A program made the translations under genes and the position numbers. 64,000 nt of DNA from an uncultured virus (IMG/VR IMGVR_UViG_2061766007_000968) (Duplodnaviria > Heunggongvirae > Uroviricota > Caudoviricetes): IMG/VR virus record IMGVR_UViG_2061766007_000968, positions 1-64,000 of that record; one strand, 5' to 3'. Every line of letters starts with the position of its first letter. Within the stretch, counting starts at the first letter, position 1. Under the pieces are notes generated by a model. That model was given only the letters and a program-made list of their open reading frames with translations. It was not told where the DNA came from and did no database searches. Positions 1-9,826 of this stretch are shown in pieces.

Positions 1-1
1 C

Positions 2-2899
2 GGCGGGAACATCGGCTGGCAGGCGGACGGCGACGGCCACATCCCGGGAATCAGTTGGGAGACGGTCGGGGGAGTCACGAACGTGACCATCGGTGCGAAT
101 GTGAAGCTCGCTCAGACGGGCGGGACGGACAGCTCGGTGACCGACCTGGTGTCTGCCGTGCAGGGCTTCCCGAACGACTACGTCTCGATTGCGACGGCGC
201 AGACGGTCACGGGCAAGAAGACCTTCTCGCACGCGGACGGCATCACCATCGGCGGTGCGACCCTGAAGTGGGTGGCCGGCACGGGCGGCAATCCTGGCTA
301 CCTCCAGATCGACTCCGCCCTCCTGACCCTGGGCGACCAGATCGTCGGTTCCGGGACACCGGGAGGCGGAGGAGATGGAGCGGGGTATCTGTATGAGTTG
401 GGCGATATTTACCACGACACCGACAAGACCAAGGTGCTGCGCACCGACGGGACTACTCCTGCTGCTGTGGGTGATGTCCTTCAACTGACCTCTCTCGCGG
501 GTGGGAACAAGTGGGCGGCTGTGCCTGCCACCGACATCGGAAGGGTGTACTCTGGAGGGACGGGGATAACCATAAATGGGGATACGATCTCCGTGACGGC
601 GAATACCTATGCTCCGTACTATGCCAACGGGTATGTCAAGAAGGACGGGGATACGATGACGGGAGCGCTTACAATGGGGGCAAACTCAGTTGTATTCACT
701 ACAGCCGATGCTACAACTTGGGCCACGACGCAGAACTCTGGGCTTCGGATTCTAAACTCCATCAATAGTGCCGTATCAGGAGCTCCGGCCCGATACTATA
801 CCGGTCTATCCGTCTGGGGCTATTATGGATTTCAGCTTGCATCCAATTCAAATGCGAATGTTTTGAAATTCAGAGGCTCGTCTTCCGCTGAGGGTACATA
901 CGCTGATTGGGTTACGATTTATCACTCCGGCAACCTCACCAAGTCCGTCCTTACCGGATTATTGGATGCAAGTGGCGGGTACTATCTACCACTGGCTGGG
1001 GGAATTATGACAGGCCCAATCGGACTGGACAATTCGGGCTTTCCGTCGGGCGATGGAAAAATCTTTGGTGGAAGCGGTGAAATACTCTTCAAGGCATCGG
1101 GGGGCATTAAACTCTACGACACTGCATGGAGAACGATTTACCACTCCGGCAACTCCAACAAGAGCGATGTGGCGTGGGCGTGTAGCTCACTAAGTGTTTA
1201 CGGAACCTCGTCTATAACGCTGTATAACGGATCTACGGTTGGGGGAGGATTAAATAGAGATGCCAGCAATCAAGTAATTCTTTACTCACAATGTACTGGA
1301 ACCCCGCAAATACAGTTAACTACCGATGCCGCTCCGATTTATCGTAGGAGTGGGACAAATTATACCATTTATCATTCTGGTAACTCCAACAAGATCGATG
1401 TGGCGTGGACTTGCTCTACTCTGACAGCTAAAAGTTATGCTTTATTTAGGAATACTGACAACACGGCAAATGCCGGTTATGTCGGCCGTGGTAGCAACTT
1501 GAGAAACGACATCCAACTTATAGCCTATGCTGGCAACAAACTTGAACTTGGGGCGAATAATGTAACAACGATTACGATAGATAATTCCACCTCGCCTAAT
1601 GTAGGAATTGGGACTGCTTCGCCGAGCTATCCACTTGATGTGTACGGCGCGGCAAGATGCAACTTTATGCGATTCAGAAATTCAGCAGGTACAGGCAATT
1701 CTGGCTATGTCGGCAGAGCTGCTTCATCCTATGATTATATGTACATCTGGAATGAGGCTAATGCTGATATGTACTTTGGCACGAACAATACCACGAGGAT
1801 GATTATAAACTCTTCAGGTAATGTGACCATCGGTGCGTCCGACTTGGCGAGTACGAGTTACAAGTTGTATGTGGATGGCTTTACTTACATAAAATCCATA
1901 TCGGGGAACGATACTCTTACATTAGCAAAAACGGGATGGCCTTCAATTCGTTTCAAGGGAACGAATAGTGATTCTCTATTTGAAGGAGGCGACGATTTAA
2001 AAATATATACCGGGACAACTTTAAACCAAAGGGTGACGATTCTCCAAAACGGCAATGTCGGCATAGCGACGACCAATCCTGGCTACGGGCTCCAAGTAAA
2101 TGCGACAGGATATTTTGCTGGAATTCTGTACACCAACCAAATCATCAACCTCGGAGCGACTTCTGCCGCTATCAGAACGAGAGGATTGGATGGGGCAAAT
2201 ACCGATGGCTCACAAGGCGATTTGTATGTTAATCAGAACCATAATGGTAGTGTCTTTATAAACAACAATTATTCTGGTAATATTTATTTATGTAATGGCG
2301 GAGGTAATGTAGGCATTGGTACTAATAACGCAAGTTATAGGTTGGATGTCCGCGGGAATGCCAGATGCAACTATATGTATTGGTATCACACCGCAACAGC
2401 TGCAACTCCGGGATATTTTGGTTGCGGCACATCTCGTACCGTCGTCCAATTGGCCGTTAACTCTGGGTATAATCTCGAAATAGCACTGGCGACATCGGTA
2501 AACACTTGGTCTACCACAGGTCTGTCTATAGCCGGTTCTCTTACCACCACCGGCGACCAGGTCATCTCCTCGGACATCAACCTAAAGACCCACTTCAATG
2601 ACATCGCCCTCACTTCCGAGCAGATAGCCAACGCCCCTGCGGTGTCCTTCGATTGGAAAGACGGACACGGACACTCCTTTGGCTCAATCGCGCAATACTG
2701 GAAGCCCCTTGTCCCCGAATCCGTGCTTGGAGAGGAAGGGAACTACACCCTCGCCTATGGTCAGTTGGGCACTGTTCTCGGAATCAACAACGGCAAGGCA
2801 ATCTTCAAGTTGGAGCAGCACGAGACCGAGCAGGACAAGGAGATCAAGAAACTGAAAGCAAGGGTCAAGGAATTGGAGAAACAATTAAACATTAGTTAG
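2..2899 (+). CDS. Tail fibre/spike protein, 5'-partial, with C-terminal intramolecular chaperone (peptidase S74-like) domain
   Basis: Frame is open from position 2, so the gene starts before the window. G/T/N/S-rich with repeated (G)NVGIGT and TIYHSGN motifs; ends with SDINLK...APAVSFDWK...GSIAQ and a coiled coil. Confidence 0.85.
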   Translation, partial: GGNIGWQADGDGHIPGISWETVGGVTNVTIGANVKLAQTGGTDSSVTDLVSAVQGFPNDYVSIATAQTVTGKKTFSHADGITIGGATLKWVAGTGGNPGYLQIDSALLTLGDQIVGSGTPGGGGDGAGYLYELGDIYHDTDKTKVLRTDGTTPAAVGDVLQLTSLAGGNKWAAVPATDIGRVYSGGTGITINGDTISVTANTYAPYYANGYVKKDGDTMTGALTMGANSVVFTTADATTWATTQNSGLRILNSINSAVSGAPARYYTGLSVWGYYGFQLASNSNANVLKFRGSSSAEGTYADWVTIYHSGNLTKSVLTGLLDASGGYYLPLAGGIMTGPIGLDNSGFPSGDGKIFGGSGEILFKASGGIKLYDTAWRTIYHSGNSNKSDVAWACSSLSVYGTSSITLYNGSTVGGGLNRDASNQVILYSQCTGTPQIQLTTDAAPIYRRSGTNYTIYHSGNSNKIDVAWTCSTLTAKSYALFRNTDNTANAGYVGRGSNLRNDIQLIAYAGNKLELGANNVTTITIDNSTSPNVGIGTASPSYPLDVYGAARCNFMRFRNSAGTGNSGYVGRAASSYDYMYIWNEANADMYFGTNNTTRMIINSSGNVTIGASDLASTSYKLYVDGFTYIKSISGNDTLTLAKTGWPSIRFKGTNSDSLFEGGDDLKIYTGTTLNQRVTILQNGNVGIATTNPGYGLQVNATGYFAGILYTNQIINLGATSAAIRTRGLDGANTDGSQGDLYVNQNHNGSVFINNNYSGNIYLCNGGGNVGIGTNNASYRLDVRGNARCNYMYWYHTATAATPGYFGCGTSRTVVQLAVNSGYNLEIALATSVNTWSTTGLSIAGSLTTTGDQVISSDINLKTHFNDIALTSEQIANAPAVSFDWKDGHGHSFGSIAQYWKPLVPESVLGEEGNYTLAYGQLGTVLGINNGKAIFKLEQHETEQDKEIKKLKARVKELEKQLNIS
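913..1420 (+). repeat. Three direct repeats inside the tail-fibre gene (TIYHSGN module)
   Basis: acgatttatcactccggcaac (~913), acgatttaccactccggcaactccaacaagagcgatgtggcgtgg (~1133), accatttatcattctggtaactccaacaagatcgatgtggcgtgg (~1364). Confidence 0.85.
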
Positions 2900-2902
2900 A
2901 GT

Positions 2903-4138
2903 ATGAGTGTAAGCAACGGAAAGATAAGCGCCCGAATGGGTAAGAAGATCGGCGTTAACGGCGACGGCGACCTGCAAGTCGTATTTGGCACTTCGCAAAA
3001 GAGCCACGCTTGGTTTTTCACGACCGCCCCTATTAATATGTATTCAGCGCATAAGCCGTTTAGAAGTTCCACCATTTTTACAGATCACTATGATGATACT
3101 AACTCTCAGAGGTATGCGTGGCTTTCAGCGAACTCGTTCGGCGTGTCGGCGAATACAACTCTTAACCGTTCGATAGGCGCACAAGACCCTTATTGGAAAT
3201 ACGCAAGACCGAGAGGGAGTAGCTATAACGAACATTATCGTGCGGAGGATTTCGAGTTGTATAACCACAACGCGGTTTGCCCGATGTTGGCGACCAACAT
3301 CACTCTCAGCACCAACGGAGAGATTCACATAGACCTCAGCACCATTATTAATACATCAAGTAATGTTGAGATACCACTTCATTCTGTCATCCAATATCCA
3401 GACCAGGACTATGTTGGGTTTGTTCTGTGGGATATAACCAAGAAGGTTGGATACTATCTTGTTACAGATGTATATGTCTCTGATTTGTTCGACGGAATCC
3501 CATCTTCTTCTTGGCATGATTTCTATAAAAATATCGTCGAACTTCCATTCTCCGATGAGGATGATGTAGAATTCTTCTGGTGTACGAACCCTACTAATAC
3601 GATAGTTCACGACCAGGGAGGAGATTATCCGGCATTTGTAAAACTAACATCGGGGAATGTGACTGCGATCTCTCTTATGGCCTGTGACAGCACTCACGGT
3701 CATACCACATTTCACATACTTAAATTCAATGTGCATACGGATATTGGATTCGTGAATCTTAATACGATAATCGGTGGTGCGTGGAATGCAAACAGGACGA
3801 ATTTCACATTTAATTCATTCAGCACACGCCTTCAGTGTACTTATTCTTGGAGAACGAATGAGTCATATCCTGTCTCTTTCCGAATGGTGATAGGTTTGAA
3901 TACGACGACTGCGACGCTTTCCAGCAACAGAACTCTTAGCTCCGCGAACGCATCGCAATATTTCGACCTCGCCATGTCGAATGGATCAAAGACTTTCGAC
4001 ATCACGACGCTTCGAGATTTGTATGATTATGTCGTTCCGCTTTATCTCTATGTGAAACTTACAGACTCTGATGACGAGGTGCGGCTCGTAACTATAAACT
4101 ATAATGTGCAGACTGGAACATATACATATTCAACATAG
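2903..4138 (+). CDS. Hypothetical tail-associated protein, 411 aa
   Basis: Long ORF immediately after the tail fibre; INMYSAHKP and PRG..Y..HYR.EDF..YNHNA motifs recalled from Bacteroidales phage tail-distal genes; AT-rich. Confidence 0.7.
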   Translation: MSVSNGKISARMGKKIGVNGDGDLQVVFGTSQKSHAWFFTTAPINMYSAHKPFRSSTIFTDHYDDTNSQRYAWLSANSFGVSANTTLNRSIGAQDPYWKYARPRGSSYNEHYRAEDFELYNHNAVCPMLATNITLSTNGEIHIDLSTIINTSSNVEIPLHSVIQYPDQDYVGFVLWDITKKVGYYLVTDVYVSDLFDGIPSSSWHDFYKNIVELPFSDEDDVEFFWCTNPTNTIVHDQGGDYPAFVKLTSGNVTAISLMACDSTHGHTTFHILKFNVHTDIGFVNLNTIIGGAWNANRTNFTFNSFSTRLQCTYSWRTNESYPVSFRMVIGLNTTTATLSSNRTLSSANASQYFDLAMSNGSKTFDITTLRDLYDYVVPLYLYVKLTDSDDEVRLVTINYNVQTGTYTYST

Positions 4139-4139
4139 T

Positions 4140-4358
4140 ATGAAAAAAGCACTATTTATTACATTAGTTGTTGTGGCGATAATCATCGCCATACTTTCCT
4201 CCGTTGGCTCTATGAACTATGGGACTGATTCTGGACGAGGATTTTTTATCCTTGTTGGACTTCTAAATTTGTTCGTCTGGGCTTCGGCCATCGTTTATTT
4301 CGTGATTAAGCGCAAAGAGAACCAACTCGGTCTCCGTAGAAATGACAATTCCAAGTAG
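4140..4358 (+). CDS. Small protein with two predicted membrane helices
   Basis: ATG at 4140 (MKKALFITLVVV...); two hydrophobic stretches and a basic tail; holin-like size. Confidence 0.6.
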   Translation: MKKALFITLVVVAIIIAILSSVGSMNYGTDSGRGFFILVGLLNLFVWASAIVYFVIKRKENQLGLRRNDNSK

Positions 4359-4361
4359 CCT

Positions 4362-4832
4362 ATGAAACTCAAAAACACAGTTATCGTATCGCTTATCAAC
4401 TTGGGCATCCAGGCGACCACGGAACACGATGTCCCCGTGAAGGATGCGTACAAGGCGTATGCTTTCCGTCACGCGGTGGAGAAGGCCAACAAAGACCTCG
4501 AAGACAAGCGACAGGGCCTTGTGAAATCCGCTGGCATTGAGGACGGGCAGAAGTTCGACGAGCGCATGAAGGAACTCCGCAAGCTGGACAAGCCCACCGA
4601 GAAAGAGAAGAAGGAACTCGCCGAGATGACCGAAAAGCTCAACAAGTTCCAGGAACTCTACACTGAGCTTCTGAACGACGAGTCGGAGATCGGGGACATC
4701 AAGGTCATGTCCTACGAGTCTTACCACGCGCTCGCCAAAGAGAACAGGGGCAAGGAAGGAAAGCCGGACATCTTCTCCATCATGCAGTCGGAACTTGATG
4801 GTAAACTCTGGGAAGCTCCGAAGGAAGAATAA
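4362..4832 (+). CDS. Hypothetical charged helical protein
   Basis: 156 aa ORF, tight operon spacing, phage-typical codon use. Confidence 0.75.
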   Translation: MKLKNTVIVSLINLGIQATTEHDVPVKDAYKAYAFRHAVEKANKDLEDKRQGLVKSAGIEDGQKFDERMKELRKLDKPTEKEKKELAEMTEKLNKFQELYTELLNDESEIGDIKVMSYESYHALAKENRGKEGKPDIFSIMQSELDGKLWEAPKEE

Positions 4833-4874
4833 GGAACTATAAATTTCAATAGAAATCTTCAAGAATTTATAATT

Positions 4875-5171
4875 ATGGCAACAACAATCGTAACCCTCAC
4901 CCAAGGCTCCTACTCCTACGAGAACGGAACCATCAAGTCCAACGGCTCCCTGAACATCAATCAGGACAAGCTCATCATGAACATCAACGGCCCGGTCACG
5001 GACAACAACGCACAGATCGGCTCGTTCTCCGCCAACCGGGACATGCCGGAGAGCCAGGGCAACCTCCAGTTCAACATCGCCTTCACCGACCCGACTAAGG
5101 GAATGATACTGCTCCAGGCAGTGCAGGATGTCGTCGCGGCGGTGCAGAACGAATTGACCCCCGCCGTTTAA
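4875..5171 (+). CDS. Hypothetical protein
   Basis: 98 aa ORF with an A-rich leader and biased codons. Confidence 0.75.
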   Translation: MATTIVTLTQGSYSYENGTIKSNGSLNINQDKLIMNINGPVTDNNAQIGSFSANRDMPESQGNLQFNIAFTDPTKGMILLQAVQDVVAAVQNELTPAV

Positions 5172-5259
5172 CAACCTTTCCGGGCCGGGCAACTTTAGTT
5201 TAACAAAATGAAGTTGGTTCGTGGTCAAATCCGGCCCGGATTATTTTAATTGAAAAAGT

Positions 5260-5733
5260 ATGGGCGAACTTAATGTATACATAAAGCGAGAAATCAAGCG
5301 GGACGGCTACACAATCTCAAAATTGAGGATGGACGAGTCCGGCTACTTCTGCGACATCCTAGAGCCTACTGACCGGGGGCTTACGCAGGATATGACGCTG
5401 GAGGAAGTCAAGAAAATCAAGATTAAGGGCAAGACCGCCATCCCAACGGGGAGATACCAGGTCATCTGGGCCTATTCGCCTTCCCTTTGCAATCGGAGCT
5501 ATGCCAAGGACTACGACGGGAAGTTCCCGTGCATCATCGGGATAACTGGTTTTTCTGGTGTTTTGATGCATCCCGGGAACACCAAGGCCGATACGGATGC
5601 GTGTCTGCTCCCCGGGGTTCACAACTCGCCCGGGAGGGTGACGGACTCAGTGAAGGCGTACAAGGATTTTATGGACTTCTACTTCGTGCCAGCGATGAAG
5701 AGAGGAGATAAGTGTTTCTTCAACATCGAATAG
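5260..5733 (+). CDS. DUF5675-like putative endolysin
   Basis: YTISKL..FCDILEPTDRGL..KGKTAIPTGRY..GVLMHPGNT..DTDACLLPG motif series. Confidence 0.8.
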   Translation: MGELNVYIKREIKRDGYTISKLRMDESGYFCDILEPTDRGLTQDMTLEEVKKIKIKGKTAIPTGRYQVIWAYSPSLCNRSYAKDYDGKFPCIIGITGFSGVLMHPGNTKADTDACLLPGVHNSPGRVTDSVKAYKDFMDFYFVPAMKRGDKCFFNIE

Positions 5734-5734
5734 T

Positions 5735-6364
5735 ATGACAAAGTTCCAGAGAATCTGCCTTGCCTTTATCTTGGCCGTTGGGGTTATCCTTGTCGCCGCC
5801 GTCACGTCGAAGATAAGCCACAAGAACGGCTACAAGCAGGGGTATTCCGATGCCCTCTCGTCCATAAAGCCGGACACCGAGTACGTTGACAAGCCTATCT
5901 ACATCGACAAGCCCGTTCCTGTGGAAGTTACGCCCGCAGGCAAGGAGATGTACCCCGCCGGTACGGTTGCCCAGCTCAAAAAGGTCATCGACTCTCTCGC
6001 GGCGGTCAAGCCCGACACGACACTCATCGAGATACCCGTCCCGTTGGAGACCAAAACCTACCGCGATTCCACCTACGAGGCCCAGGTGTCAGGCTATCAC
6101 GCATCGCTGGACTGGATTAAGGTGAACCAGAAGACGGCCTACATCACCGTCCCCGTTCCCGAATACAAATATCCGACCTTTGCTCTTTCTCCGACTGTCG
6201 GCGTTTTCATCTTCCCCAACGAATATGGGGTTGGTGCGGGGCTGGAACTCGACTACTGGCTGAACCGGTGGGAGATCGCTGGAGGCGGCGGGTATTATGT
6301 TTCCAACAACTCCAGGGGTATGTACGGCGAGATTAGCGTGAAATACAATCTGGTCAGGAAGTAA
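5735..6364 (+). CDS. Membrane-anchored lysis-module protein (DUF6808-like, possibly spanin-like)
   Basis: N-terminal TM helix, KTYRDSTYEAQVSGY..SLDWIKV motif, beta-rich C-terminus; follows the endolysin. Confidence 0.6.
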   Translation: MTKFQRICLAFILAVGVILVAAVTSKISHKNGYKQGYSDALSSIKPDTEYVDKPIYIDKPVPVEVTPAGKEMYPAGTVAQLKKVIDSLAAVKPDTTLIEIPVPLETKTYRDSTYEAQVSGYHASLDWIKVNQKTAYITVPVPEYKYPTFALSPTVGVFIFPNEYGVGAGLELDYWLNRWEIAGGGGYYVSNNSRGMYGEISVKYNLVRK

Positions 6365-6367
6365 TAA

Positions 6368-6571
6368 ATGGCGACGAAGACGAAGGTAAAAGTAACGGTC
6401 AAGACCGGTCGAAAGGGGGATGCTGGCACGCTTGTTGCTAGGATCCCCGTTACCGTCGTCAAGAATGCGCAGCCGAAGGGGGAGATGTTGTTTCAGACGA
6501 GGGCGCAACTTGCAATACATCTGAAGCGTGGATCAAGACCATCGACATTCCAGCCTCGAAGAACTCGTTAG
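6368..6571 (+). CDS. Small basic hypothetical protein
   Basis: ATG 3 nt after the previous stop; K/R/V-rich; overlaps the next ORF. Confidence 0.45.
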   Translation: MATKTKVKVTVKTGRKGDAGTLVARIPVTVVKNAQPKGEMLFQTRAQLAIHLKRGSRPSTFQPRRTR

Positions 6572-6926
6572 GAAGCTGAGATATATCACTATAGCGGTAC
6601 AATTTATGCCGTTTCTATATGGAGGCTTATATCTGATTAATCTTGTTTTATATTTGGTGCTACCAGAGCAGATTATTATGATACTTGACGCGCTGTTCTA
6701 TGTTTCGCCAATAGTGGTTGTCTGTATGCTCGTGTTCTCTCGGATACTAAGGCTATGCGCTTGGCATCGAGCGGCCTGCATTGTTCCGCTCGTGCCACAG
6801 ATTATCTCTTTAGTTGACTATTATGTGGTGGAGTTCCCGCTGAGCGCGGCCAAAATGACCATCATAGTTTGCGTATCACTGGCGGCTCTTCTTTTGGTCG
6901 CCGCCTACAATGTCTTTATGAGATGA
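6528..6926 (+). CDS. Membrane protein with about four TM helices
   Basis: Four hydrophobic segments; LCAWHRAAC motif; stop overlaps the next start (ATGA). Confidence 0.7.
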   Translation: MDQDHRHSSLEELVRKLRYITIAVQFMPFLYGGLYLINLVLYLVLPEQIIMILDALFYVSPIVVVCMLVFSRILRLCAWHRAACIVPLVPQIISLVDYYVVEFPLSAAKMTIIVCVSLAALLLVAAYNVFMR

Positions 6927-7213
6927 CGCCGCAAGAAGAATTCTCCCTCGAAGTTCTCGATTTGCTCGCTTCGAAGATTACGAACAACAGTTGCACAAAG
7001 GAGCAGATGGACGCGATCTACAATGTCGTTTCCGAGAATCTGCCGATTTGGGCGACTGCAGACGAAATAGCCAGGCATTTCGGAAAGTCCCGGGACGCCG
7101 TCCACAGCGTGATAAAAAATCGAATGTTCACAAAGCCGAAGAGGAATGTGACCCTTTACAATTTCAAGGAATTCTGCAGGCGCCTCCCGTCATCTTGGCT
7201 CAAGAAGCGCTGA
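6923..7213 (+). CDS. Putative helix-turn-helix DNA-binding protein
   Basis: TADEIARHFGKSRDAVHSVI HTH-like segment; ATG at 6923 coupled to the upstream stop. Confidence 0.6.
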   Translation: MTPQEEFSLEVLDLLASKITNNSCTKEQMDAIYNVVSENLPIWATADEIARHFGKSRDAVHSVIKNRMFTKPKRNVTLYNFKEFCRRLPSSWLKKR

Positions 7214-7237
7214 TAATCAACACTATGCCATTATTTT

Positions 7238-7266
7238 GCCCACTCCTTCATCGGGGTGGGCTTTTT
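7238..7266 (+). terminator. Intrinsic terminator
   Basis: gcccactcc/ggggtgggc stem followed by ttttt. Confidence 0.7.
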
Positions 7267-7333
7267 CGTGAACTTTGCTGTTGAAAAAGATGAGGCCCAT
7301 CTAACTGATGTTTAACCTTTAATTCTAACCAAA

Positions 7334-8254
7334 ATGGCAGAGTCCGATAAAACAATCATCCTCCCGGACAACCAGAACCACGGGTATCCTTACTATCCCA
7401 TGGCTGGCGGCTTCGGTGGTGGATTCGGTTCTTTCAATTCCATCGCTGACCTCTTCGGCCTGGCGATTATCGCATCAATGTTTGGCTGGGGCAACAACGG
7501 CTTCGGTGGCGGTTTCGGCAACTGGGGCGGTGGTAATGCTGCCGGCTTCCTGTCCAACCAACTCAACAACGACTCTGGTCGCGAACTGATCATGAACGCA
7601 GTCACCTCCCAGGGCGAGGCTTCTCGCTCGGCCATCCAGAATCTGGCCACCATGCTCGGTCAGGACTTCAACCTGGTTAACTCCGGTGTTATGAATGTCC
7701 AGAACGCTCTTAGCAGCCTCGCGCTGCAGCAGGCCGTCTCCGTGCCGCAGATCATCAACCAGATCGCTTCCGGCGACGCCAGCATCATCAGTGCATTCCA
7801 GAACTGTTGCTGCGAGCAGAAGCTCCTCACCGTCGAGCAGGGTTACCAGGCCCAGATTCGCACCATCGAGCAGACCAACGCGCTGTCCGGCCAGGCTGAC
7901 CGCAACACTGCGGCCATCACCGCTGCCATCGCGAACCAGACCACGATGATCAACGATAAGTTCTGCGACCTCGAGAAGCGCGAGATGCAGTCCAAGATCA
8001 ACACACAGGCCGACATCATCGGCCAGCTGCGTGGCCAGATCGACAACGCCAACCAGACGGCGGCCATCACCGGCTATGTCAACAGCCTCGTGACTCCGCT
8101 CGCCCAGAAGGTTGACCAGATCGCCGCGAAGCAGCTCCCGACTGTCAACGTGCAGTGGCCTCAGCTCCAGGCAATCAACACCACCCCGTATGTCAGTGGC
8201 GGCATCTACGGCGCCTATGGCTACGGCTACGGCAACAACGGTCTTGTTTTCTAG
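7334..8254 (+). CDS. Gly/Asn/Gln-rich protein with CCCE motif (cassette gene 1)
   Basis: 306 aa; hydrophobic segment, GGGFG repeats, QNCCCE, coiled coil; strongly biased codons like the capsid gene. Confidence 0.85.
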   Translation: MAESDKTIILPDNQNHGYPYYPMAGGFGGGFGSFNSIADLFGLAIIASMFGWGNNGFGGGFGNWGGGNAAGFLSNQLNNDSGRELIMNAVTSQGEASRSAIQNLATMLGQDFNLVNSGVMNVQNALSSLALQQAVSVPQIINQIASGDASIISAFQNCCCEQKLLTVEQGYQAQIRTIEQTNALSGQADRNTAAITAAIANQTTMINDKFCDLEKREMQSKINTQADIIGQLRGQIDNANQTAAITGYVNSLVTPLAQKVDQIAAKQLPTVNVQWPQLQAINTTPYVSGGIYGAYGYGYGNNGLVF

Positions 8255-8260
8255 GAGGGC

Positions 8261-8602
8261 GTGACCATGTGTGATTGTGTTTGCATTGCAATGACCAACA
8301 CGCGTGGAGTGCCCTATCTCACCACGAACGGTGTGACCGTGGGTACTGACGCGGTGGATTTTTCTCTCGGCATCCGGGAGATTCCCCGCGTCGGGTACCT
8401 CACGATCCGCATCTCCGAGGCGATTCCGGAGGGAACGACCGGCACGCTGCCGGTACGGTTCACCCTTAACGGGCAGACCCGCGCGTTGACTTCGTTTGGC
8501 GGCGTCGCAGTGACCGCTGCCGACCTTACGGGCGCAGGCGTCATCACGGTCTTCTATGACTGGTTCAATGGCATCCTGCAGACCGTATCACCCATCGTTT
8601 AA
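8261..8602 (+). CDS. Beta-rich hypothetical protein (cassette gene 2)
   Basis: 113 aa ORF, operon spacing; start may be the ATG at 8267. Confidence 0.75.
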   Translation: MTMCDCVCIAMTNTRGVPYLTTNGVTVGTDAVDFSLGIREIPRVGYLTIRISEAIPEGTTGTLPVRFTLNGQTRALTSFGGVAVTAADLTGAGVITVFYDWFNGILQTVSPIV

Positions 8603-8620
8603 CAGTAAACAATAACAACA

Positions 8621-9136
8621 ATGCTTTCAGGACTTAGACAAGGTACTCCCGTGTATGTTCTATACAAGAACGAACCGCGATTCGCGGTAGGAAAGGTCGC
8701 TCAAGTCAGCAATCAATACCCGCCGCAGTTCAATTTTCAGCAGCCCCTCAACCCGAGTACGATGGGAATGATGGTTGACCTCTCCATCGAGGTGGACGGC
8801 AAGACGGAAACATACCCAAGGATTCCGATCAATTCTTCTGTCGCCGAATTTCCCGATAAGGGCGTGATTCTCAGCGAAACGAGAGACGGAATCGTCAATG
8901 AAATAAATGTGATCCGAAACGCCAGCCAGACGGCCATTGAGCAGGTGGATTTGCACCGGCGCATAATCGCTTCCTGCGACCAGCTTCTCCTGGATCTGAA
9001 TCCACAGCTCAAGCACGATCAGGAGCAGGCGAATAAGATTGCCAGGCTGGAGGAACAGCTGGCGGGCATGAGCGAGCAAATAGCGGCTATGACGGGACTG
9101 CTGTCTAAGTCCCTGGGCAAAAAAAAGGAGGAATAG
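8621..9136 (+). CDS. SH3-like plus coiled-coil hypothetical protein (cassette gene 3)
   Basis: MLSGLRQGTPVYVL N-terminus and C-terminal heptads. Confidence 0.75.
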   Translation: MLSGLRQGTPVYVLYKNEPRFAVGKVAQVSNQYPPQFNFQQPLNPSTMGMMVDLSIEVDGKTETYPRIPINSSVAEFPDKGVILSETRDGIVNEINVIRNASQTAIEQVDLHRRIIASCDQLLLDLNPQLKHDQEQANKIARLEEQLAGMSEQIAAMTGLLSKSLGKKKEE

Positions 9137-9139
9137 AAA

Positions 9140-9377
9140 ATGGGCTACGCAGTCTATAACCTCAGAGGAGGTAATTATGGCCGGAAATCCGGCGAAATGG
9201 AGTTCGAAGAGGCCGCGCAGATGGTCGAAGAGGGGCTCGAGTGTATGCGTGAACTCGCCGAGGAGATGAAGGAGCAGTATGGCGAACGCCGTGGCTCCTA
9301 TGGCTCCAGGGGCGGGNNNNNNNNNNGACATGTACGGCGAACGCCGCATGCGCGACTCGAGAGGTCGTTATCGTTAG
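9140..9377 (+). CDS. Small YGERR-repeat protein (cassette gene 4), spans an assembly gap
   Basis: N-run at 9317-9326; after it a second frame reads MYGERRMRDSRGRYR* (TAG ending 9377), matching the YGERR repeat before the gap. Confidence 0.7.
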
Positions 9378-9423
9378 TGTAAAACTAGGGGCGGGGAAAC
9401 TCGCCCCTTAAAAACGCAAAGAA

Positions 9424-9825
9424 ATGAACAGGCTAGACTATTACGACGATATTCCGGAAGGAATGCGGAGATATCTCTCTTTTAATGGCTTCCACTTCTC
9501 CAAGCCGATGTATCGCTGGGCCGTTTCGATGATGAAAGACCGGAACGGGAACAAGGTGGAGTTTATGGAGAAGGACCAGGTAATGGATATTCTGAAGCGA
9601 AACGGGGTGACCGATCTTCCGGAGGCCGGCTATGACATCCCCTTCGTGTTTTTGCGCAAGAAGTCGGACGCTATGGGTGGATCCGTCCCGGACGAGGCGC
9701 ATCTCGCTATGGCCGTGAAAGAGTTCTTTACGGACAAGGATGGCTACGACACAATGGCATTCGACGAGTTCCTTGCCAAGATGAGCGCAAAGGGCATTTC
9801 TATCCCCTGGGAAGACCTTCTGTAA
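9424..9825 (+). CDS. Hypothetical protein (cassette gene 5)
   Basis: YLSFNGFHFSKPM..WAVSMM..D.DGY..IPWEDLL pattern; 133 aa. Confidence 0.8.
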   Translation: MNRLDYYDDIPEGMRRYLSFNGFHFSKPMYRWAVSMMKDRNGNKVEFMEKDQVMDILKRNGVTDLPEAGYDIPFVFLRKKSDAMGGSVPDEAHLAMAVKEFFTDKDGYDTMAFDEFLAKMSAKGISIPWEDLL

Positions 9826-9826
9826 A

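Noticed and set aside
2..4138. Diversity-generating retroelement acting on the tail fibre
   Set aside because: No reverse transcriptase ORF in the window, and the repeats are short and differ at non-adenine positions.
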